Shown piece by piece: positions 14,971 to 27,008 of a stretch of DNA of 64,000 nucleotides. The DNA is taken from assembly GCA_002633005.1 (NCBI GenBank), contig NMRA01000708.1, positions 1 through 64,000 of the forward strand, given 5' to 3'. A program made the translations under genes and the position numbers. Under the pieces are notes generated by a model. The model was not told the origin of the DNA. It did no database searches and saw nothing but the letters and a program-made list of their open reading frames with translations. This DNA comes from Phoronis australis (lineage: Eukaryota; Animalia; Phoronida). The first letter of the stretch is position 1. Each line of letters begins with the position of its first letter.

Positions 14971-15437
14971 GCAGTTAGGGCGAAACGCAGAGGGAAATAT
15001 GCCTTGATACTTAGACTAAGAGTGAACATTAGTGTTCATCGCAAAAGACAGGAATACTTCTTGAAAAGGCCGTGTTCAAAGCTTCAAGCATAATTTCAGT
15101 CATTGTCAGATTTTACTAGGCAAGGTGTGCGGCTGCTTGATTCTTTTCCCAGGCAGTACAGATTTCTTTCCAGAGCATTTGACTCTGCCGTAACATAAAG
15201 TACAGTAATCAGATATTCTTTCAACTGAAAACTAAGAATGCATTTAAAATACTGTATATTGCAAAACAAGCATCATCATTGTACATACTGAGGTAGAAAG
15301 CCAGTTAGTTGTGTGAAGACTATCGTCAACATACAGCTAGGTACAGTAGCTAGTGTGTGTAGAGCTCCGGTTAGACACCGCCTCACCGAACCCCGGTGCT
15401 CAGCTTGTCACCTAGTCGTGAAACTTAGAGCTAACAC

Positions 15438-18400
15438 ACGCGGTCTGTTCAGCAGTTCACAACACGGGTAACTGGTGTCAGGTTATCGCTTGAATTCATC
15501 GTTTGACACCAATAAGTGATCAAACTTTGATGTAAAACCCTTAAAAATACACAGAGTTCTTATAAAAACGAGTTGATTTATTTCACTGTTAAGAATTTAT
15601 TGGTATTTGGACACACCGTAGCCAACATATTTCGGGAGGCCAATTTACCAAGGTCCGTAGCAGGAGTTCGTGTTCTGTTCGGAGATAAATTCTAAGAATT
15701 CTTCCGTAAAATACAGACAGGAGGACCCAGATCTGAGCTGTTTAGACTTACGATTTTTAGTTCTAAACACAAAAAACGCTTGTTATCCCGGCCAGTGGCT
15801 CGGAACCCGATCTGCCCGTCCCGGTCGGACGGACTCGTTATCCCGGCCAGTGACTCGGAACCCAATCAGGCCCGTCGCGGCCGGACAGAAGACACCATGA
15901 ACATTAACCAGCCAAAGTTGGAAACTAAACTTGCAGTCAAGAAAATACTATACTAGTGAGCTAAAGAAGTAATGTGCACGTGATTATGTTGGTTAAGCCA
16001 CGAAACTGCAAATCTACTTAGGCCTACTCGTCGGGGGCCGCGAATTCAGGTTCCCGTTTGGCAACATAACCGCCAGGGCAGAAGTTGTACATTGACAATC
16101 ATTATTTGAATAATGTATATGTAAATAAAGATTCCCCTAAAACCTGGCCGTAGGATGGAATATCAAGTTATTGTTTCACAACGGATTTTGCCAGCAAACA
16201 CTGAATTAGCTTGCGCTCAAACGGCCTCGGTGTCCGGTCAAATTAGTTTTATTGCACCTAAAGACGGTAACGCAGTGATTTATTCACTGCTGGCTTCTCA
16301 AATCATTTGCACTCACGAACACTGCAAAGGCATTACATATTGCATCTAATGGGACACACTTACATTCAGTTTTATATAAGTATTCGTTAGGGTGAGAATA
16401 ATTAATTTTGAAACAGAACGCTCAGTAATAAACGTCAACATGGCAACTCGCAATTCCGACTTGGAGGAGTACTCATCTGACGAAGACTTCCCAGGTTATG
16501 GTTAGTTATCTCAGGATATCAGTTGGAACCAGAGTACACTGATCGAGAAATATTAGAGAGGCGCCGTGAACGTGCACAAACAATGGAGCAAATGGATAAT
16601 TTCGAAAACCGTCTCAATGACTTGTCATTGTGTCAGTGCGCTAACTGCACCATAATTGAAACAACTGACGCTTGTGTCTGTTGCCGCAAAATTCATCATG
16701 TGAAACGCCTTCTTGGAGAAGCAGAAATGTGTCTCACCCAACCACTTAGTTTTATGGGTGAATGGCAGAAATATGAAAACTTACACTTGGTAGCAACTTC
16801 AAGTAACAACTATTCAAATGCATACTGAACTATAAAAATATTTATTTTCTAGACAACAGCGATTGGTATCCTACAGACATATCCTGGAATGGATACATCA
16901 AAGCGAGAAGCTAAGACACAAGAAGCGAGTTGCCGTTCCATCCTGTGCAGTTATGTACATTCGGAAATTATACCCTTCACCTGACGGACAATACACTGGA
17001 TACAAGAGCACATTGGATACTATCGAGTAATAACAATGTTTTTTTCCTGTTGTTGACAATGTCTCTGATGAAAAGTGTATCAATTCTGATTAAAAGTTTT
17101 TTTCATCCCTGATCACTTACTCCTAGCAGAACCTCATAGTATAAACACAGAAGTCAGCACAAATCACACAATACAGCAACAAGTGAAATTATCCAAAAAC
17201 TCTATCAAATGAAAAACGGGTGACTTAGTATGGACTTACTGCCAAAAGTATAGTATATTGATCCCTCTTCAAAATGGTTATCGGAACAACTTTTCACTGA
17301 ATAATGGCAACACCACTTATTCATTGAAACTGATTTCCAGTAGCCATTTTGAAGAGGGTCCGTTCACACCACTTTTACAATAATCTGCTAGGCCTTTGTA
17401 TACAGTAACAACAATGTCAAGCATGTGTCATAAACAACGAGCAAGCACAACTTCAAAACACATCAACATCAATACACAAAAATTTCTGCCATAACAGGTG
17501 AACACATATATTGTTGGTTCTCTTAGCCGTGGTACAGGAGAAAAAAACAAAATCTGCCTTGAAACCAGCAGCAATGGGTCAACCCTAGAAAACATCAGAA
17601 TGTGAAATGATCCTATGACTAGAGGGGAGCGATATCGTGTGTCGGCATACAGTACACAGTCATTGTTTTCTATCTACTTTGGTTTCTTAGTCTCAGCATC
17701 TACCAAGCTCAGGCAGTTGTGCCTTCATATAGCATCATTGCATAAACCAATACCGGGCACACAACTTCAAAAAAGCCCCAAGAACAATGTGCAAACGTTC
17801 AATTACCACAGGTAAATATGTGTGACAGGGGCACCCATGAGAACAATGCCACGTAATGCAAGTAGGTTGAAATATCTTGCAGTGACACAGTACAGTTTGA
17901 ATAAAGACAACTACTATTTTAAAATGCAGCGACATGTTTCGGCGGTAAAGCATCCACCATTCCCAACATTCCAATTATCGACAGTAAATCCAAAACCGGA
18001 AGTCTCAGTGGTGAACTACAAATTTTTGTGTTTACTGTTCAAATAGTTGAAAACCGAGTGATCATCATATTCGTTATTGCACACACACAAAAAAGGACCA
18101 TGAGGATTACATTGTCTAAACCATTTCTTTTCAGCGCGAGTCAAAACCAGGTCAGCTAGCACATGTTGCTACATTTTATATTGAAGTATAACTCTCATTC
18201 TTACTTCTCCACACACCCAATAATAACCACGAATTAGAGTTCTTGGTGGCCAAACCTGCTAGCATACTGCTACACCATGACGTCGAGAGGAGGAGCAGGC
18301 TGTGGTGCAATGTTTGGCTGAAGTGGTTCAATTTCTAGACGAGACTCGAGGCTTTTGTATCTGACGGTGGGGTCCATACGTCTTTGAATCGCACGTTCCA

Positions 18401-19169
18401 AAAGCTCATATGCGTACTCCTTGGTCTTGCCTTCATACACTTTCTAAAGTACCCACTCAGCAGCTTGTTTCGAGTATGTTCTGGCAAAGCAAAGAATACC
18501 TGAAAGTTTTTACTTTATCTTTTAGGAGTGAACAGTATACCGCACTGAACCAAACTATTTTTCTCTAATTACTGTGAAATAAATAACCGATGCTGTTTGG
18601 GATAACACTGCCCAGACACAAACTGCAATTACGTCAATACAGCATGGTGCCTGGTTTTTGGGAGAACTAAGTGTAACCATTTGTTTGTGTTGACAGGGGA
18701 ACAGCAATTCTGTCCAAAGAAAGCAATAAGCTGAAGAGTGCTTTTGCCATATAAAGAAGTATGACATTCCATGTGGCAGCATTTTTGTGCAACATTCCTC
18801 TGCTCAGCTGTATCTGAGTTGGCAGTACAAATATTTGTTTCAAGCGGCCCATCAACATTACCAAGACCACATATTATCAAGAAGTTCTAAGTTATTTCAG
18901 TGAAATTGAATGTCACAATTTTCGAACAATTTTTACTATTAAACAGCACGGCATATTTCACTAAATTTTTACCACACTGTAGCATACAACTGTTATTCAT
19001 TTTCAAAACGCTAAATCCAATTATACTACATCCATCTTGATACGACCACATGTCACATAGCACTGCAATACAGTCGAGTGACACCATTACTGCGTATTGG
19101 GAAGGAAAACGTTTGGCAAAGAAATGAGGGCCATATCTCACCATCACGTGTACGTGCTTGCTGCCTACC
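15438..19169. mobile_element. Degenerate Kolobok-type DNA transposon (KolX-like gene on +, transposase C-terminal remnants on -), cut off by the Gypsy element
   Basis: 15438-16600 is homologous to the TTAA-flanked element at 28625-30897; minus-strand remnants WVLxKVYEGKTKEYAYELLE and EPLQPNIAPQP (about 18300-18460) resemble Kolobok transposase C-termini. Confidence 0.65.
16440..17030 (+). pseudogene. KolX / P2X7-ballast-like Cys-rich protein pseudogene
   Basis: QLEPEYTD...LCQCANCTIIETTDACVCCRKI, then after an AG acceptor at 16851-16852 QQRLVSYRHILEWI...KRVAVPSCAVMYIRKLYPSPDGQYTGY; stop/frameshift near 16500. Confidence 0.75.
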
Positions 19170-19326
19170 TGTAGTATAGTGACTTAGTCGTAGGCATGTT
19201 TTATGCGGAACAGTTACTTCCGGTTTAGCCACCATGTAGGCAATTGTCTTTGGTTTTTTCTGTGTAGAATAAATCGTTAATTAGAGTAACCATCTGCGTT
19301 GTTGACGACGAACGAAAGATCTAACA
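19170..19326 (+). repeat. 5' LTR
   Basis: Direct repeat of 23352-23508, contains AATAAA; 6 substitutions between the LTRs by eye. Confidence 0.95.
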
Positions 19327-19393
19327 TTGGCGACGAGGATTCCAGGAAATAGTAGGGACAATTATTTTGACTGGGAACTGACAATTACACAAA

Positions 19394-22300
19394 ATGGAGG
19401 CTGGTGAACATGAACCGGGAAGTCACGTTTGCAGCCCAGGCATGGCTGGGTTGGGACTTAAAAACTTCGACTGTCATGGAGAGGCACAAAATTTAGCTGC
19501 ATCATGGAAGCTTTGGAAACGTGCAGCGTTGTTGATGATACGTGCCCAAGGCGTCAAAGATGAGGACAGGAAGGTTGCCATTTTGCTTCACAACGGAGGT
19601 TTGGAATTGCAAGAAATTTATTACACTCTGGTTGATGAAGGTGAAACTTTGACTTTAGATCAAGCTTTGGCAGAGTTAGATAAGTATTTCGCGCCAAAGA
19701 CAAACACAGCATTTGAGAGACATGTTTTCAGACAACTAAAGCAAGAACAGAATGAAACTGTTGATCAGTATTTGTGTCGCTTGAGAGCAAAAACTCTTAA
19801 TTGTAACTTTGACAATGTTGATGAATCCTTGAGAGATCAGTTGATTGATAAGTGCTATAACCCTTTATTAAAAAGGAAATTTCTAGAACAAGGGGGTGAT
19901 GTGAAACTGTCTGATTTACAAGATGTTGCGCGCGCATTTGAGCAAGTTGATTTGCAAATGAAATCCATGTCTCTAGGCGCCAATAGTCAGGCTGTTAATG
20001 GTGTTGGTCAAAGGAAGGTTGAATGCTTTAACTGTGGCCGTCAGGGACACTTGTACAAGGACCCGACTTGTCCTGCAAAATCGCAGAAGTGTCGAAAATG
20101 TGGAAGAACTGGTCATTTTAAAGCCCGGTGTAAAGGTGAGGGTGCAGGGACGCAGCACTCTGATAAACCTAAAGCACGTGACAATAAACAGCGAGATAAA
20201 CCACGTGAGAAAGCGCACGCGAGAAAGCAAGCAAATAGCGTCGACAACAGTCATGCTTTCGTAGTTAATAACTTAAACAATGTATCAATAGCCGGAATGT
20301 CTTTGAATATTGGTGGTGTGTTGTTAGAAGATATTTTGATTGACTCAGGAGCTGATAAAAATGTTATTAGTTCTCAAACGTGGGCTAAGCTCAAAGCTTC
20401 TCAGATTAAATGTATCTCGCGTAAAGGATATGATAAACCTTTATATGCGTACGGATGTAGTACCCCACTACCGGTGTTGGGAACTTTTGACTGTGTTGTT
20501 GTTTGTCCTGAGAACTCGAAGGAATGTGACGCGTCGTTTGTCGTTGTCGATGGAAACGGACGGTCATTACTGGGCAGGCGTTCGAGTGAAGCTCTGGGAG
20601 TCCTTCGAGTTGGACCCGAAATCAATGCGGTCGATTTGACTGATCGGTATGCGTCAGTATTTTCGGGAATTGGATGTCTGAAGGACTATTCTATGACCCT
20701 AAACATTGATGAATCTGTGAAACCGGTGGCACAGCCTGTTCGCCGGGTGCCTTTCAACCTACGAGAGAAAGTCGATGAGAAACTCGACGAGTTGTTACGA
20801 GATGATATCATCGAGAAAGTTCCAGACGGTCCTACTCCGTGGATTTCACCACTTGTCGTCGTGCCGAAATCCGATGGAGACGTACGTATTTGTGTAGACA
20901 TGCGTAGGGCAAATGCCGCGATCATTCGTGAGCGTCAACCCATACCGACCGTGGAAGAACTTTTATATGATTTAAACGGGAGTACCATATTTAGTAAGCT
21001 GGATTTGAAAGCTGGTTTCCACCAGATCGTCCTCGATGAACGCAGTCGATATATCACAACATTTGTCACGCACAAGGGTTTGTACCGATACAAACGACTC
21101 ATGTTCGGCGTAGCTAGTGCTCCGGAAAAGTACCAGCAAATAATTGCGGACATTTTCAAGGACATGGAGGGTGTCGCAAATATTGCAGACGATTTGATCA
21201 TACACGGGAAAGACATTCAGTGTCACAACCGGAATCTCGAAGCAGTTCTGAAGCGGTTGAGCGAAGTAGGCTTAACAGTGAACCAAAAGAAGTGTGAATT
21301 TCGTATGTCCCGTTTAACATTCTTTGGTCACACGATTACGAGTGAGGGAGTTATGCCGTCGGAAGAGAAGGTTGCAGCCATCCGAGACGCTGAACCTCCT
21401 AAGACTGCAAGTGAAGCTCGTTCGTTCTTGGGACTAGTACAGTATGTTTCGAAATTCATCCCCGATGTATCCTCAGTTTGTGAACCTATCATGCGTCTGA
21501 CGCGGAAGAACATTCGTTTTGAATGGACATCCGAGCAACAGAAGTCATTTGAACGGTTGAAGTCGCTTATTACGCGCGCAGAGACACTGGTGTTCTACAG
21601 TGGTGATCGTAAAACTAGAATCGTTGCCGATGCGTCGCCGGTGGGTTTGGGCGCTGTATTGACACAGTTACACAACGGCCTGTGGAGAGTTGTTTCCTAT
21701 GCGTCGAGGAGCCTCTCCGAGGTTGAACGCCGTTACTCGCAGACCGAGAAGGAGGCTCTTGCCTTAGTTTGGGCGTGTGAACGTTTTCAACTCTATGTCT
21801 ATGGTCGTGAGTTTGAATTGGAAACGGATCATAAACCTCTAGAATGTATTTTTGGTAATCGAGCGTCGAAGCCATCCGCACGAGTTGAACGTTGGGTGCT
21901 GAGGTTACAAGGCTTTGACTTTAAGGTGGTCTATCGTCCTGGAAAGACCAATATTGCGGATGCCTTGTCTCGTTTGAATCGTTCGAATTGCCCGGATGGT
22001 GGCAAATCAGAGGTTGATCACGTGTTGGCCATAGCTCGATCCGCGACTCCAGCGACATTGACTCCGCGTGAACTGGAACAAGAATCGGCAAAGGATCCTG
22101 ATTTGATTGCTTTACGTTCGCACATCATGTCTGGTCATTGGACTGGTTGTAAGACAGCATCATTCATTGCAGTTAAAAATGAGTTGTGTGTTGTTGGACA
22201 TTTGATTCTACGTGGAAACCGAATTGTCGTGCCGAAATCAATGCGTGCAAGAATCATTGAAATTGCTCATGAAGGCCATCAAGGCATTGTAAAAACTAAA

Positions 22301-23323
22301 AACCGTCTACGAACGAAAGTTTGGTGGCCTAAGATGGACTCTGAAGTGGAACGAATATGTAGGTCATGTCATGGATGTCAAGTGGTGGCAGGGGAGTTTG
22401 CACCACCTGAACCAATGCAACGAACGGAACCACCGACTGGGCCTTGGCAAGACTTGGCCATTGACTTATTGGGCCCATTGCCCAGTGGCGAAAGTATTCT
22501 TGTTGTTGTAGATTATTTTAGTAGATACTTTGAAACTGTTGTGCTCCATTCCACCACGACGGAAAGAGTGATTATGGCATTGGAGCCTATCTTTTCGCGA
22601 TACGGTTACCCTTTCTCGGTTAAATCGGATAACGGAACTCAGTTTGTAAGCCAATTGTTCGAGGCTTATCTTAGTGAACGGGGAATTGAACATCGACTCT
22701 CCCCTCCATTATGGCCTCAAGCCAATGGAGAGGTAGAACGACAAAATCGTACTTTGCTGAAATCTATCAAGATTGCGGTGCTCGAAGGCAAAGATTGGAG
22801 AAAGGAACTACAGGGTTTCTTGTTAGCGTATCGATCAACACCGCATTCGACCACGGGTGCTTCCCCGGCATTTCTTATGTTTGGGCGGGAAATTCGGACA
22901 AGATTGCCTGAACTACGACCGGATGCCCATGTGACTCTCGAGAATGTTCGTGATCGAGACTGGTGTAAGAAACTTGAAGGGAAATCGTACAGCGATGAAA
23001 AGAGACGCGCAACGAAAAACGATTTAACTCTTGGGACAAGTGTGTTACTCAAGAACACTAAATCGTCTGGGAAATTAGATCCCAAATTTGAAGCAGAACC
23101 TTACGTTCTTAAGGAGAAGGAAGGACATACAGTGACTGTAGAAGGTCCACAGGGAACCTTCACCAGAGACAGTTCATTTGTAAAACCATTCGTTGAACGC
23201 GAGACTGCACCAGAGTCGTCTCCATCTGCTGAGCCATCAGGCGAACCGCAACGGAGTATGGAACGACCAAAACGGACTATTAAAGTCCCATCACGATTTG
23301 ACGACTTTGTTTTAAACAAGTAG
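19394..23323 (+). CDS. Gag-Pol polyprotein, 1309 aa, uninterrupted
   Basis: Two CCHC knuckles (CFNCGRQGHLYKDPTC, CRKCGRTGHFKARC), protease DSGA, RT (LDLKAGFHQ...IADDL), RNase H (ADAS...ETDH), integrase HHCC and D..SDNG..E, in Gypsy order. Confidence 0.97.
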   Translation: MEAGEHEPGSHVCSPGMAGLGLKNFDCHGEAQNLAASWKLWKRAALLMIRAQGVKDEDRKVAILLHNGGLELQEIYYTLVDEGETLTLDQALAELDKYFAPKTNTAFERHVFRQLKQEQNETVDQYLCRLRAKTLNCNFDNVDESLRDQLIDKCYNPLLKRKFLEQGGDVKLSDLQDVARAFEQVDLQMKSMSLGANSQAVNGVGQRKVECFNCGRQGHLYKDPTCPAKSQKCRKCGRTGHFKARCKGEGAGTQHSDKPKARDNKQRDKPREKAHARKQANSVDNSHAFVVNNLNNVSIAGMSLNIGGVLLEDILIDSGADKNVISSQTWAKLKASQIKCISRKGYDKPLYAYGCSTPLPVLGTFDCVVVCPENSKECDASFVVVDGNGRSLLGRRSSEALGVLRVGPEINAVDLTDRYASVFSGIGCLKDYSMTLNIDESVKPVAQPVRRVPFNLREKVDEKLDELLRDDIIEKVPDGPTPWISPLVVVPKSDGDVRICVDMRRANAAIIRERQPIPTVEELLYDLNGSTIFSKLDLKAGFHQIVLDERSRYITTFVTHKGLYRYKRLMFGVASAPEKYQQIIADIFKDMEGVANIADDLIIHGKDIQCHNRNLEAVLKRLSEVGLTVNQKKCEFRMSRLTFFGHTITSEGVMPSEEKVAAIRDAEPPKTASEARSFLGLVQYVSKFIPDVSSVCEPIMRLTRKNIRFEWTSEQQKSFERLKSLITRAETLVFYSGDRKTRIVADASPVGLGAVLTQLHNGLWRVVSYASRSLSEVERRYSQTEKEALALVWACERFQLYVYGREFELETDHKPLECIFGNRASKPSARVERWVLRLQGFDFKVVYRPGKTNIADALSRLNRSNCPDGGKSEVDHVLAIARSATPATLTPRELEQESAKDPDLIALRSHIMSGHWTGCKTASFIAVKNELCVVGHLILRGNRIVVPKSMRARIIEIAHEGHQGIVKTKNRLRTKVWWPKMDSEVERICRSCHGCQVVAGEFAPPEPMQRTEPPTGPWQDLAIDLLGPLPSGESILVVVDYFSRYFETVVLHSTTTERVIMALEPIFSRYGYPFSVKSDNGTQFVSQLFEAYLSERGIEHRLSPPLWPQANGEVERQNRTLLKSIKIAVLEGKDWRKELQGFLLAYRSTPHSTTGASPAFLMFGREIRTRLPELRPDAHVTLENVRDRDWCKKLEGKSYSDEKRRATKNDLTLGTSVLLKNTKSSGKLDPKFEAEPYVLKEKEGHTVTVEGPQGTFTRDSSFVKPFVERETAPESSPSAEPSGEPQRSMERPKRTIKVPSRFDDFVLNK

Positions 23324-23351
23324 TTGCTCTCATGTTTAAGAGGGGAGGGAA

Positions 23352-23508
23352 TGTAGTATAGTGATTTAGTCGTAGGCATGTTTTATGGGGAAGAGTTACT
23401 TCCGGTTTAGCCACCATGTTGGCAATTGTCTTTGGTTTTTCCAGTGTAGAATAAATCGTTAATTAGAGTAACCATCTGCGTTGTTGACGACGAACGAAAG
23501 ATCTAACA
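23352..23508 (+). repeat. 3' LTR
   Basis: Follows the polypurine tract; ends gatctaaca. Confidence 0.95.
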
Positions 23509-25531
23509 CTCGTTAAAGCTAATGGCAATGAAAACAGGAATAGTGTGTACTTTCCTAATAAAAAGGATAGGTCTATAGGATCTAAGGACATCCCATTGAA
23601 CCCAGTACGGTCTCACAGTGGAATTGATGCTGGGTCCAAAACCTGCTATGATTTAGAAAAGCCACACTAAGTACTGGTGTATGAAAAAACCTAATCAACA
23701 AGTACACATATCACAATGATATTCTTTAACACCAAACAGTTTAGAAAAAAATACTGAAAGATGAAATAGAGAAAAGGGCATGCTGAAAGCACATTATTTT
23801 GCTGATATATTATCAAATTGTGTAAACTGAAGTTTCCTGAAATTTCAACTCAGTTGTAAAAGAATCTGCAGATTTTCCCCATACGAATTCCTGGAAAAGA
23901 TTCTTTAGGATTATTTTCCGGGCGAATCCCTACAAGATCCAATATATCTACATTGCTATCAGAAATTTACGTCATGCCAGCTCCGGCAAGCCCACACTCA
24001 GCTACAAAAGGCCCCTATGCAGTTCATCGTATTTCTTGTAGAGTGACGGAGAGACAAGCTGCCAAATATCCGTGTATATTTCGTTGGTGGTAACCACTGA
24101 AAGGTTGCCGTGGTCGTTGCTATGCTATGCTACAGCTGCGCTTGCTCCGAGCTCGTCTTCAGACGCAACAGTGGAAGGCGAGAATTACCAGAGCATGCTA
24201 AATAATCGGCAAATGAACTTTGGAGGGAAAAATCAACCGTGTTACCATAATGGCCAACAACAGCATGTGTCTCAATCGCGCCAGTTGCATCCCAAGAACT
24301 CATATGTTGGGTTGCACGAATCAGTCCCTTTCTTATGCTGTTTTAGTTTCATTACTAAGTCAACTTTTGGCTTTGATACAAAGCGAGGGTGGCGTTGAGT
24401 TCTCAACAGTATAGAAAATATACTGGGTTCCTTTCAAGCAACGTTTCTCACTTAAGGACTAAGTCCCTATTTATTTTTATTGAATTTTGGATTCAGTTTT
24501 TAGTCAATACTGTTTAGAAAATGTCATCAGTGAAAGAGGAGCTCACGATAAGGAAATATGACAGAAAAAGATTGCATCTGTGTGTAAACAAAGACGCAAA
24601 TGGGCAAAAGATTTAGGGAACTTAGTTGAGTACTTAATTCGGATTGTAACATGCAACAGGGCAGAGGGGCATGTTTTATGAAAATTGACTTCAGACTTAA
24701 AGTCAGAAATGTGGTCTTAAATTTGATTGATGGCATGACGTCAACAGCATTGTTCAACAAGCGCAAGGTACCTTTTATGGAACGACATCATTGTTATTTC
24801 GGTCTAAGTTGGGACTAAAATGGTTTCATGAATCGGAGTATAGATCAAGAAAGGTGTAAAAACAAGCAAAACGTCTAGTGTTTTCCTTTGTTTATTTTTC
24901 CTTGACTTCAAACTCAACATATTCGCCTGGTTCATCTCAGGACGAATACTTTAGTTGGTACCATCAGGTGGGAAGTGACGCCCTCTGACGTCAGGTTAAG
25001 TTACATTGAACTCCAAATTTCTGTGCTGTAACCAATAGAACAACTAACTATTCCCCTGGGTTCACTTTAACAAAAAATGTCGCATTGCAGAGGCCCTCAA
25101 CCATACATTTTCTAGGCATATTGTACATCTAGTCAAAAATTAATGTTGTCATATTTATCATGGAGATAAACGTTCACCGGCAAAATATATTAACGTCTTA
25201 AGTTTGAGAAAAATATAGTTGGCTAATGGTCATGTCATGAAGTTGAGGTGAAACACTGATAAATGCGTATTTCGTGGCTATTCAGCTGTCAATGTTAAAT
25301 TGTTAAGCGTAATGCCTTGGAGTCTAAAAACACAACTACGCTCATCTGATCTAGATTTGTCGCCAAATGAGCCAGCAACTCAAGTCGCTTGCCATTTTTC
25401 CAATTTTAGGGTTACAATAAGCTCTGGAGCGCTTTATTTGAGCCGGCAGTGATTTAGACGCTCTTGGTTCACAAATACCTCACGCACTTTTAATCATGTA
25501 TTTGTATCCTCCTTACTATGCTAATGTATAA

Positions 25532-26422
25532 ATATAGATTATTACATGTTCTTACTATGCTAATGTATAAATATAGGTTATTACATGGTCTCAGTCGTTA
25601 TCCCCGGTATTCTAGAGCCTGGGTGGATTTTGGAGAAGTATAATTCTCCAAAATCCACGAGGGCGCTAGATAAGGGGGATAACGACTGAGAACATGTACT
25701 AATCTATTTATACCACACACTGAACGAGAAACATTGCAATGAATCGATTTACCTTTCTCGACTCGCCTCGGCTTTGTAATTACATGTACTTTCTATGTCA
25801 GTGGCCCGGGGTCAGAGTTCGTGATCTTTTAAGAAAAGCCGAGCTATTTTTGTCAAATAATGCTTTTACTCAAAACCAATTGAAAATTTCAACAATATGG
25901 GAAGAATGTGAATATATACTTTAAGGTTTAACAACTGTTATAGCTTACTACACACTTTATCGTACTTAAGCTTCGACCGAGAAAATATCATCAGCTAAAG
26001 TAGGTTGCCACTGGTAAATGAGTATAATGCTCAAGTCGAAGGATCCCGACGACGCGATACCTGCATTCAAATTGGACATCAGTGATTTACAGTACAAGTG
26101 AGAGAAAATAAGAGATAATTTTTGCTGAATTAAAATACCGTTTTTATAGAAATTATGCGTCTTATTTGTCATAGCGTATAAATGTCGGTACAATGCCCTT
26201 TTTAGAAAATGCAATTGTTGCGCGTACTCATTTAAGTAATCTATTTCCACGTTCGATGACGTCAGCCGCTGAGTGGTGCAGTGGTAAAGTCGGCGACTCG
26301 GAACTCTTGCATAACGGGTTCGAAACCGGCCTCGATTCCCGCCAAAATGCTATTTCACTAGTGAGATAACTAAATGGGTTATTACACGATTGGCCATTCG
26401 AGGATGATATTGTGGTATAAAT
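25532..26422 (+). mobile_element. Hairpin-ended non-autonomous element (possibly Crypton-like) containing a tRNA-like module; copies at 28881-29505 (+) and 31347-32105 (-)
   Basis: Terminal palindrome cagtcgttatcccc...tggattttggagaa..ttctccaaaatcca...ggggataacgactg; internal tttataccac is complementary to the far-end gtggtataaa; three copies within 7 kb. Superfamily assignment is tentative. Confidence 0.7.
26265..26345 (+). other. tRNA-derived (SINE-head-like) pseudo-tRNA inside the hairpin-ended element; second copy 31430-31510 (-)
   Basis: A box TGGTGCAGTGG / TGGCGTAGTGG and B box GGTTCGAAACC / GGTTCGAATCC at tRNA spacing; anticodon stem unpaired and the anticodon differs between copies, so not a functional tRNA. 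Confidence 0.65.
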
Positions 26423-26429
26423 AAGCAGA

Positions 26430-27008
26430 AACTAATCGACATTCGCTGGTCCCCTACGTGCCTAGGCAGCACGCAGGTATCACGCAGTGGCACGCGCTTT
26501 AACATTGGTTGATGTAAGCTCAGCAGTCATTGGTTAGCTTTACAACTCGCTGTGAACGATTTTTAGGCTTGTCATGGAAGTGGCGTCGCAGCAACTATTT
26601 CGTTTCTGCAGTGATGTTTTTATTAAAATAGCCGCGTGCCGCTGAAGCACGTACATGTACAATAAACACACATCTGGCCGATTTATCGGTGTGTTATTCA
26701 TACTGTGTGAATACAGGACAGTATCGTAAACAAGAGTCATCGACAGTAAAAGATGCACTCCGAAAAGGCGCAACCACAATTTCGAGGATTCACATTTCCT
26801 GAACATAAAATTTTAACACCGATTTGTCTGCCCAACATACCACATTTACACTTCAGTCCATGAGTCATGCCAGTTTGTTTGCGTAAAGCGCTTCCTGTTG
26901 AGAATTCGACTAGCCAATCAGAAAAGCCGGTGTAAATAATTTCCCGAGGAAAATTAAGTGATGCCTGCGTGCTGGCGCTAGCGGCCCGCAGGGAACCAGC
27001 GAGCTAAT
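26430..27008. mobile_element. Helentron-type non-autonomous element (HINE-like)
   Basis: Subterminal inverted repeat tcgctggtccc / gggaaccagcga, adjacent GC-rich hairpin cctgcg...cgcagg and a gagctaat end. Confidence 0.5.

Larger units (their letters stand above)
19170..23508 (+). mobile_element. Full-length Gypsy/Ty3 LTR retrotransposon (Mag-like)
   Basis: 157-bp LTRs 19170-19326 and 23352-23508 (TG...CA); PBS TGGCGACGAGGAT at 19328-19340, complementary to the tRNA-Ser(GCU) 3' end; PPT AAGAGGGGAGGGAA at 23338-23351. Confidence 0.97.

Noticed and set aside
19973-23379. Small ORFs overlapping gag-pol
   Set aside because: Shadow frames of the long coding sequence with no recognisable motifs.
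26265-26345. Functional tRNA gene
   Set aside because: Anticodon stem does not pair, the two copies differ in the anticodon loop, and both lie inside a repeated element.
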